From Candidatus Latescibacterota bacterium (GTDB lineage Bacteria; Latescibacterota; UBA2968): DNA of 64,000 nucleotides. Positions 57,141 through 64,000 of the stretch are shown one piece after another. The position numbers and the translations under genes are program-made. Each line of letters starts with the position of its first letter. Within the stretch, counting starts at the first letter, position 1. The stretch lies in the NCBI GenBank assembly GCA_965208125.1, contig OZ242320.1, positions 1,792,001 through 1,856,000 of the forward strand, read 5' to 3'. The notes under the pieces were generated by a model that saw nothing but the letters and a program-made list of their open reading frames with translations, did not search any database and was not told the DNA's origin.

Positions 57141-58592
57141 CTATTGTTGAGCCACGAGGCGGTCTTCATTGAGCAAATTGCCATCCACCCCAAAATGGCG
57201 AAAAATGAGAACGGGAACATTGTTTTCGCGATCCACCACACCCTCCAGAAAACCACCAATAACATTGAGATAGCGGTGCTCGGGCAGCCGCTTATCCTCA
57301 GGCCATCCACCGGCGTGCCCATCGCTGGCAGGACCACAAGAATATTCTCGCACACCAGTTTCCCCATCAACAGAGACGTATTGCCAGTGCCGGTCACCGC
57401 AAACAACCACCATATTCTTTTGTCCCGCGATAAACTGACGCAATTCATCCCCCTCATAAGAGAACACCTTGTTGGCGTGGTTGTCTTTTTTATTTTCGCG
57501 ATCAGGACCAACCACTGGCGTAGGGCTGATGAGAATGCGGAACGCGGCATCGGAACCCCGCACAGTATCTTTAAACCAGGCCTTTTGCTCCTTTCCCCAG
57601 ATGGTCTTTTCAGGCCCATCTACCATCGTATTGGGACTCCGAAAATCGCGCCCTTCAACCATCCAGATCTGCAAATCTTTTCCCCAGCGCACCGTTCGAT
57701 ACGTGCGATCACCCATCCCAACCTGCTCCCGAAAAACAGCCAGACCCTGCTCAAAGGTAAATTCCCCCATGAATGGCGTCTGTTGACCCGGCCAACAATC
57801 GTTCATCCAAGTATCGTGGTCGTCCTTAATAAAATAACTGGCAACCTCCCGGTGAAATGCGACATTGGTAGGCAGACTATACATCCGCGCCCAGTGCCAG
57901 CGCGCCAGAGGCAGGGTTTTGGCCCGGCTATCGTAATAGACAATATCGCCTGCATGCACAAAAAAATCGGGATCGCGCTTTAATATACTCGCGTAAATGC
58001 GATAGCCCCCCTCAGGTGCATCTTGATCGCCATAAGCCTGACAGGTAGAAACGTGAAAAACAACACGGGCGGACTGATCTACAGAAGGTGCCGTGCGAAA
58101 ACGTCCAGAGACCATTTGTCCATCTGCCTCAGCGCGAGCCTGCACCTCAATTTGATACCGCGTACCCGGCTCTAAATCCGTCAGCTTGATCTGCCGCGTA
58201 AAATCGAGATCGAGATCCACCGCACCCCAGGGCGTACTCTTCCAGTCATCGGACTTTTCAACAGCATACCGAACGCGCACATCCCCCAACGTACCGGGAA
58301 CCGCACCCTCAATCGTATGGATATCGGAATCATCGGGAAACAGAACAACGGGTTCCATAGTGCGTCGGCCCTGGCGCCGTTCCAATTCACCCGTCTCGGG
58401 ATTTCGATAGCGCACAGTGGGCCTGGGATGACTTTTATCCATCCGCTCGGGATTCCTGGTCAAACGCGCCCAGACAATCGCACTGGTCTGATCCACCTCG
58501 CAAATTTTAATCCCTGTAGCCTGATAAGGACCGCTACCATAGCTATTGACAAACAGTGCCAATATGCAAAAACCGGCAAATAGCGTCTTCAT
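57141..58592 (-). CDS. PhoD-like alkaline phosphatase
   Basis: Signal peptide; HAGDIVYYD, DDHD, GKEQKAW, GDRH. Confidence 0.85.
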   Translation of the reverse strand: MKTLFAGFCILALFVNSYGSGPYQATGIKICEVDQTSAIVWARLTRNPERMDKSHPRPTVRYRNPETGELERRQGRRTMEPVVLFPDDSDIHTIEGAVPGTLGDVRVRYAVEKSDDWKSTPWGAVDLDLDFTRQIKLTDLEPGTRYQIEVQARAEADGQMVSGRFRTAPSVDQSARVVFHVSTCQAYGDQDAPEGGYRIYASILKRDPDFFVHAGDIVYYDSRAKTLPLARWHWARMYSLPTNVAFHREVASYFIKDDHDTWMNDCWPGQQTPFMGEFTFEQGLAVFREQVGMGDRTYRTVRWGKDLQIWMVEGRDFRSPNTMVDGPEKTIWGKEQKAWFKDTVRGSDAAFRILISPTPVVGPDRENKKDNHANKVFSYEGDELRQFIAGQKNMVVVCGDRHWQYVSVDGETGVREYSCGPASDGHAGGWPEDKRLPEHRYLNVIGGFLEGVVDRENNVPVLIFRHFGVDGNLLNEDRLVAQQ

Positions 58593-58610
58593 TCATTCTT
58601 CTCCTGTGAT

Positions 58611-61016
58611 TCACCTCGCCGCCTGGGGCAACGTATCCGTCGCCCTCTGAACACCTGATGGTTCAACAAGCACCGTCGCATCAGATGCGCTCTGCTGTTT
58701 TCGATCTACCGTGACATCCACACCAAGGGCGATACCCTTGTCCTCGTGGCGAATCTCGAGCGAGGGACCACGATCGGGATTTAACTCCCCCCGAATAATC
58801 CAATCGTCCAAACAAATCCACCCATCTCTCTGAACAGGATCTTGAAACCGCGCTTCATCTTCCCGGTCACGCACCTGAAAAACAGCGAGAAAACGCATAA
58901 TATTGCACGCCCTCTCAGGCGAAACCACGACATGCCACTGATCGGGAAAAACCGCCATATTTTTCCCCAAAAAAGTCTTATTACCCCCCCAGTTGACAGC
59001 GTGCGGATCAAAAACCGTATCGATCTCAATATGCAATTTTTGCGACCCAAAAATATTCACCTGACCGCACGCAGTACGAGTCTGCGTGTACAATCGCTGA
59101 TGGCAAACATCAACAGTAATTTCCCGATCCCCGTGTACAAGCCATTGCCAGCAAGCGTCGTGATCGGCTTCCAGATCGTCGTAAACCACCAGAACATCCG
59201 GCCTCAAAAGCACCAGATGCCGACGAAAACGCCTGAGACCCGCATCCCCATACGCCTGGGATGCATCCCCAAGCGCGTACGCCACATGTTCGCCATTGAG
59301 AAACCGGGAAATTATACCGTAGCTCTCAGCACCTCGGGGCTGACCCTTGCCATCTATGAGAACCGAATTGTGTCCCCGCGTAGCCCTGTACCATAGTTTC
59401 GAATGATCGTCACCCGCAGACGTGTAATACCCCGAATTCCTGAAAAGAGGTTCTCCCCCATAAAAAATATTAAACCCATTCTGACACTCGTGAGAATGGA
59501 GAAGCGATCCATAGGGACTGGACCGCATACCCACCATGAGATCTCGTCGGGTATTTGCGAGATCCGTATGCAGCGACACAATACCAACATCGGCAAAACA
59601 CCTGCCCTGCGGCAATGCCCTGGGCGAACGCGGGCGCGGTTTCGCCTTTTGATCTTTGAGCTTGTGCCAGATAAGCAACGGATTGCTCTCCTCTCCTGCC
59701 TCTTCCCGCCACTGCTGCACATACCACGCGGCATAAGGATCGTCAAACCGAACAGCCATATCCTCTACAAAATCGAGATGATTACCCGTCGGATGCGCCT
59801 TCAGTTCCGTACCATCGCCAAATCCATCCGACCGCGAATGGGGCGGCCATGTATAAAGCAGAAAACTGGCACTATTTTTGTACCATGCATCCTGAAAAAG
59901 ATCCACACCGCTGAGTTCTCCAATGCGCGAAGGGAGAACGAGCAGCGTCTCCACATTCGTCCCAAAATAAGAATTGCCATTTGCCCAGCCCCCATCAGCA
60001 CCTCCCATAAGAGGAAAGCGGGCAATCCACAGTTCGTACACAAAGCGCACCCATTGTGCCGCATCGGGATACTCGTGCAAAAGTGCAAAAGCAACTTCGG
60101 AAAATTCGATAAGCAAATGTTGCCAGAAATGGCTGCGAAAAACCAGCGTCTCGATCTTATTCCTCTCCTCCCTGAAAAAACGCTCTGCCCGCACAACCAT
60201 TGCCGCACGCAGGCACGCGCGCTGGGATTCCGTAAGCAGATCAAAGCAAGAATCGTAAACACCCGCCATAACCCGCATACAAGACCCATCGGCAAAATCG
60301 CTAATAACGGGATTGGTGTACCCATCCGCATCCCAATTCGCCACATGAAGCCCGCGGCGTATCGCTTCCCGAGCATAGCACTCCTCACCCGAAAGCAAAT
60401 AAGCCGGAATAAGCCACTGCACCGCCGAAGCCATACTACCCGCAAGCGCTTTACTACCCCACCTGTGAAACTTGAAAACCTGATACGCGTCTTCCCCTTT
60501 ATCCGGCGGCATAGTATCGTCTTCCAGCAGCGCATCGAGAAACTGATCCGCACGCGACGTAAACCGCTTGCTATGGCCTTTGAGATCCGCGCCTCCACCT
60601 GGCAACACCCAGAGCCGGGGATGCGTCCTCGGACAAGCCGCAATCACATCCGTAGCCGACGGAGTCTCCATGCACCGAACAGAACCAGTAATCTCAAATT
60701 CATACCTATCAGACCAGCGATAGGGACCACCATCTACTGACGTACCGTATTGCCAAAACCATACCCCAAGCGCGAGTTCTCGATGCGGATTGAACATCGC
60801 CCAGGGAAAACCCTCTTCTGCAATAGTACTGCATTCCGGAAAATCGGGATCTCGAGACAAACGAACCGCGTATCGCACATCCTCACCCCTCTCAGCGGGC
60901 CAGAGTAGTGGTGGGGGATTGCGGTCAACGCGCTTGTTATTAATCGGAAATGCCGCAATGCGCGGTTGGGCGTGGATAACTCTCATAAAAATGGACTCAC
61001 AGCTTTTGGTGATCAC
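58611..61016 (-). CDS. DUF4962 / heparinase II/III-like polysaccharide lyase
   Basis: HPRLW, SHFWQ, DGGWANG.SY, HSH..QN.F, HNSVLIDG; start may be 60986. Confidence 0.8.
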   Translation of the reverse strand: MITKSCESIFMRVIHAQPRIAAFPINNKRVDRNPPPLLWPAERGEDVRYAVRLSRDPDFPECSTIAEEGFPWAMFNPHRELALGVWFWQYGTSVDGGPYRWSDRYEFEITGSVRCMETPSATDVIAACPRTHPRLWVLPGGGADLKGHSKRFTSRADQFLDALLEDDTMPPDKGEDAYQVFKFHRWGSKALAGSMASAVQWLIPAYLLSGEECYAREAIRRGLHVANWDADGYTNPVISDFADGSCMRVMAGVYDSCFDLLTESQRACLRAAMVVRAERFFREERNKIETLVFRSHFWQHLLIEFSEVAFALLHEYPDAAQWVRFVYELWIARFPLMGGADGGWANGNSYFGTNVETLLVLPSRIGELSGVDLFQDAWYKNSASFLLYTWPPHSRSDGFGDGTELKAHPTGNHLDFVEDMAVRFDDPYAAWYVQQWREEAGEESNPLLIWHKLKDQKAKPRPRSPRALPQGRCFADVGIVSLHTDLANTRRDLMVGMRSSPYGSLLHSHECQNGFNIFYGGEPLFRNSGYYTSAGDDHSKLWYRATRGHNSVLIDGKGQPRGAESYGIISRFLNGEHVAYALGDASQAYGDAGLRRFRRHLVLLRPDVLVVYDDLEADHDACWQWLVHGDREITVDVCHQRLYTQTRTACGQVNIFGSQKLHIEIDTVFDPHAVNWGGNKTFLGKNMAVFPDQWHVVVSPERACNIMRFLAVFQVRDREDEARFQDPVQRDGWICLDDWIIRGELNPDRGPSLEIRHEDKGIALGVDVTVDRKQQSASDATVLVEPSGVQRATDTLPQAAR

Positions 61017-61155
61017 TCAAGTAGCGTTGACATAATAATCGGCACAAAGAATGAATACAAGAAGGAAATAGAGTCCCACATTGACCAGCCATAGTGATTG
61101 TGGTATATTTTTTATCCTATTTGATTCTGCAAAACTCAACAGTTCTGGTCCGATA

Positions 61156-61503
61156 GTGATTATACCCAACGCAGAACACGCCTTCGTTGATATCAGGAAA
61201 CTTAGAGATTATACGCTTAACACACAGCACCGTGTTGGGCGTCATAAGGCGCGTTTATTTAATTCTATATTGGGAATTACACAAGAAGATGTAGAGGTAT
61301 TGCGTAATATTCTGATTGAAGTCGTTCGCACACATGAGGCAATGTTGGGGACACAAGATACTCACGGACAGCGTTATGAACTGGATTTTATGATGAACTG
61401 GCAAGGACATCAAGCTCTGGTCCGGAGTGTTTGGAATATCAGACCCAGCGAGCAGCATCCTCGCCTTGTCACATGCTATCCTTTGAAGGAGAGGCAAGAA
61501 TGA
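61156..61503 (+). CDS. DUF6883-like protein
   Basis: PNAEHA.VD.RKLRDY.LN..H..GRHKARLF…PRLVTCY. Confidence 0.75.
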   Translation: MIIPNAEHAFVDIRKLRDYTLNTQHRVGRHKARLFNSILGITQEDVEVLRNILIEVVRTHEAMLGTQDTHGQRYELDFMMNWQGHQALVRSVWNIRPSEQHPRLVTCYPLKERQE

Positions 61504-61742
61504 CCAATGATATTCGCCTATTAGATGTGGTGGCATTAACAATTGACAAGTTGGAACATAAATTGGTACGTGGCGAAATAGGCACTGTTGTAGAATGTCA
61601 TCCTGATGATGGCTATGAAGTCGAATTTGTAGCTCAAGATGGCTACACCTATGCCCTGATAACATGTGAGGGAAAAGATCTCCTTCCATTACGCGAAAAA
61701 CGGAAAGTGTACGACACCGCAGCTATTTCTGCTGAATCGTAG
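61500..61742 (+). CDS. DUF4926-like protein
   Basis: LLDVVAL…GEIGTVVE…YEVEF…G.TYA; ATGA overlap. Confidence 0.8.
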   Translation: MTNDIRLLDVVALTIDKLEHKLVRGEIGTVVECHPDDGYEVEFVAQDGYTYALITCEGKDLLPLREKRKVYDTAAISAES

Positions 61743-61754
61743 TTTATTTTTTAT

Positions 61755-61970
61755 ATGAAAGTTCAAAAATTCACTCTGATTATCGCACCTGATCCGACAG
61801 AAGAAGAAGCAGATAAAATCTACGGCGTTATTGACGATGGGACACTTGCCACTATCACCGATATTCCTCAAATTCATTTTCATCGAGAAGCGACAACAAT
61901 GGATAGTGCAATTCGATCAGCAATAGCCGATGTGAAGTCTCTGGGTCTGGATGTTCTGCGCGTTGAGTGA
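61755..61970 (+). CDS. Small hypothetical protein
   Basis: 71 aa; HFHREA…AIRSAIADV. Confidence 0.55.
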   Translation: MKVQKFTLIIAPDPTEEEADKIYGVIDDGTLATITDIPQIHFHREATTMDSAIRSAIADVKSLGLDVLRVE

Positions 61971-62020
61971 GCCAGAAGCTATCGCGTCATGGGCATAAAA
62001 ATTGGAAAGAAGAGCGAAAA

Positions 62021-62089
62021 ATGACCAATGATATTCGCCTATTAGATGTGGTGGCATTAACAATTGATAAGTTGGAACACAAGCCCTAA
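62021..62089 (+). pseudogene. Truncated duplicate of the DUF4926-like gene
   Basis: First ~60 nt nearly identical to 61500-61560, then fused to the IS-end-like repeat. Confidence 0.8.
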
Positions 62090-62104
62090 ATACTCCACCA
62101 AAAC

Positions 62105-62225
62105 GATGCTGTTGCTGAATTCGCCCTGTGAAAATAAACATAGGTCTTACAGAGCCTGAATTCGGACCACAAACAGCCGTTTTTCCAACCGCAGACTCAC
62201 TCTCTACCAATTCGGCAACAGCATC
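62105..62225. mobile_element. MITE copy 3 with 6-bp target duplication CAAAAC
   Basis: TIRs (1 mismatch); CAAAAC at 62099-62104 and 62226-62231. Confidence 0.85.
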
Positions 62226-62331
62226 CAAAACGGGGTAACTCCATACGACCACCCGCAGGAGCGTCTTGTTTACTCCTTTAGGGTGTTTATTCATGTTACC
62301 AGCGAACTTTATCCTAATCTGGAAACACCCA

Positions 62332-64000
62332 ATGATCCACAACTACCTGCTTGTGGCGATTCGCAATCTCAAGCGTCACAAACTGCATTCGGCGATCAAT
62401 ATCCTCGGTTTGGCCGTTGGTATGGCGTGTTGTCTCTTAATTATACTATTTATAATAGATGAACTGAGCTATGATCACTTTCATGAGAAAGCAGATCGAA
62501 TTTATCGCATTGTAAGTGAATTTGAAAATGAGACCACTGGCGAAATGTATCAGATGGCAACAACACCCTATCTGTTAACTGAGTTGCTTAAAGAGCAATT
62601 TCCTGAAATTGAGAAAACTGTGCGCTTTTATCGCATAAACCCATCTGTACGATATGGCAACAAGCAATTTTTTGAGCGTCAATTTTGTTTTGTCGATGCC
62701 ACTGTATTTGATGTGTTTTCGTTTCCGCTGGAAAAGGGAGATCCAAAGACAGCGCTCAAAGAACCCCATTCGATTGTGATTAATACAGAGATTGCCAGGA
62801 AGTATTTCGGTGATGCAAATCCTATGGGGAAGCTACTCTGGGTAGGAGATTCGATGCCTGCGGTGAAAGTAACAGGGATATTGAAAGACACGTCAGATAA
62901 ATCGCATATTGGATTCAATGCGCTGCTGTCGATGTCTGTTTCACAGGATTTGTTTTCGAATACTACGCTTAATACCTGGCGAAATACCCAGCATACTTAT
63001 GTGTTATTGCGCAAAGGGATTTCATCTGGTGCGCTTGAAGAAAAATTAGTCGCTTTTGTAAAGCAGCTTTATAAAGCAGATGTGCCATTTTCAAAACTGA
63101 TTTTGCAGCCTATCACACTTATTCATTTACACTCAAATATCCAAGAGGAGTGGAAAGCGAATAGTTCTATAGATTTCGTGTATACTATCGGAAGTATTGC
63201 TGTATTGGTGATGGCAATTGCGTGTTTGAATTTCATGAGCTTGTCAACAGCGCGATCTATTATTCGCGCTAAAGAAATTGGCCTGCGAAAGGTGGTGGGT
63301 GCGCATCGGTGGCATTTGGTTGCTCAGTTTCTCGGCGAGTCGGTACTGTTATCCTGTATCGCCCTTTGTATCACGCTGTTATTGGTTAAATTTTCTGTGC
63401 CTTGGTTCAATAAATTGATGGCAACAAATCTACAAGTATCTTTATGGCAAGGTTGGGTTGGCTTCCCATTTTTCGTTGGTTTTTCCTTTTTTATTGGGCT
63501 TGTCGCTGGGTGTTATCCCGCTCTTGTATTGTCGAATTTCCAGCCTGTCCAAGCCTTGCAAGAACAGAAGGTTGGTCGCCGTGTGGTATTTCGCAATGCG
63601 TTGGTTGTAGTTCAATTTTGCATTTCAATTGTTATGCTGATTTGCACAGGTATAGTATTTAAACAGTTGGAATTTTTGAGATCCAAAGCATTGGGCTTTG
63701 AAAAGGAAAATATAGTGGTAATCGAACGATCAAGATTTGTACACGCTCAATTAGATGCATTCAAAGCAGAAGTATTGAAAAATCCGAATGTATTGAGAAT
63801 AGGAACGGGCCGCAATGTACCCCCCGATGACCTTGTGCGTCGATATAACGTAGTTCCTGAAGGTGGAGCGCTAAGAGAGATGGCTGTATTGATGGTAGAT
63901 CCGGATTATTTTAGAGCTCTTGGGATCGACTTAGAAATGGGACGCGATTTCTCACAGGCTCGGGCAGCAGATGCAGAGGGGGCGGTGATTCTTAATCGGG
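62332..64000 (+). CDS. ABC transporter permease (MacB/FtsX-type), runs off window
   Basis: MIHNYLLVAIRNL…INILGLAVG; RAKEIGLRKVVGA…QFLGES; RNALVVVQF. Confidence 0.9.
   Translation, partial: MIHNYLLVAIRNLKRHKLHSAINILGLAVGMACCLLIILFIIDELSYDHFHEKADRIYRIVSEFENETTGEMYQMATTPYLLTELLKEQFPEIEKTVRFYRINPSVRYGNKQFFERQFCFVDATVFDVFSFPLEKGDPKTALKEPHSIVINTEIARKYFGDANPMGKLLWVGDSMPAVKVTGILKDTSDKSHIGFNALLSMSVSQDLFSNTTLNTWRNTQHTYVLLRKGISSGALEEKLVAFVKQLYKADVPFSKLILQPITLIHLHSNIQEEWKANSSIDFVYTIGSIAVLVMAIACLNFMSLSTARSIIRAKEIGLRKVVGAHRWHLVAQFLGESVLLSCIALCITLLLVKFSVPWFNKLMATNLQVSLWQGWVGFPFFVGFSFFIGLVAGCYPALVLSNFQPVQALQEQKVGRRVVFRNALVVVQFCISIVMLICTGIVFKQLEFLRSKALGFEKENIVVIERSRFVHAQLDAFKAEVLKNPNVLRIGTGRNVPPDDLVRRYNVVPEGGALREMAVLMVDPDYFRALGIDLEMGRDFSQARAADAEGAVILNR

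Noticed and set aside
59403-60740. Long antisense ORFs (also 14251-15135, 20846-21946, 27241-28140, 57144-57983)
   Set aside because: Shadows of well-supported opposite-strand genes with no recognisable motifs.

Overview
Bacterial chromosomal window with no rRNA, tRNA, CRISPR array or intact integrase/transposase seen. Sel1 and internalin-type LRR proteins, EF-hand/dockerin-like tails, a PorT-like barrel, a short RpoD-type sigma factor and sulfatase/lyase genes suggest an FCB-group-like, possibly host- or sponge-associated organism (inference only). 1-12.8 kb: epimerase end, FixL-like PAS kinase plus NtrC-type activator, three related sigma54 promoter modules, Sel1 protein, S41 peptidase, methyltransferase, PIN TA pair. 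12.9-28.3 kb: core genes (nadE, SurA/PpiD-like PPIase, M23 peptidase, rhomboid, DUF2723-like GT-C, sigma factor, BMC protein, sarcosine oxidase-like). About 28.4-52 kb: degraded accessory island rich in TA and defence-like genes. 52-64 kb: lon, coaD, sulfatase, PhoD, heparinase-like lyase, DUF6883/DUF4926 pair and an ABC permease. Best candidates: (1) a minus-strand operon with two unannotated homologous ~30-aa peptide genes, each followed by a conserved RNA hairpin, then a small GIY-YIG protein and an XRE-HTH::dynamin-like GTPase; (2) a divergent DprA/SLOG-like gene almost free of adenine (~27 A in 820 nt, one 175-nt A-free run); (3) a ~125-bp MITE that repeatedly inserts at the same position of an IS-end-like repeat whose empty form is also in the window. 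All family calls come from motif recognition by eye, and counts are by hand.
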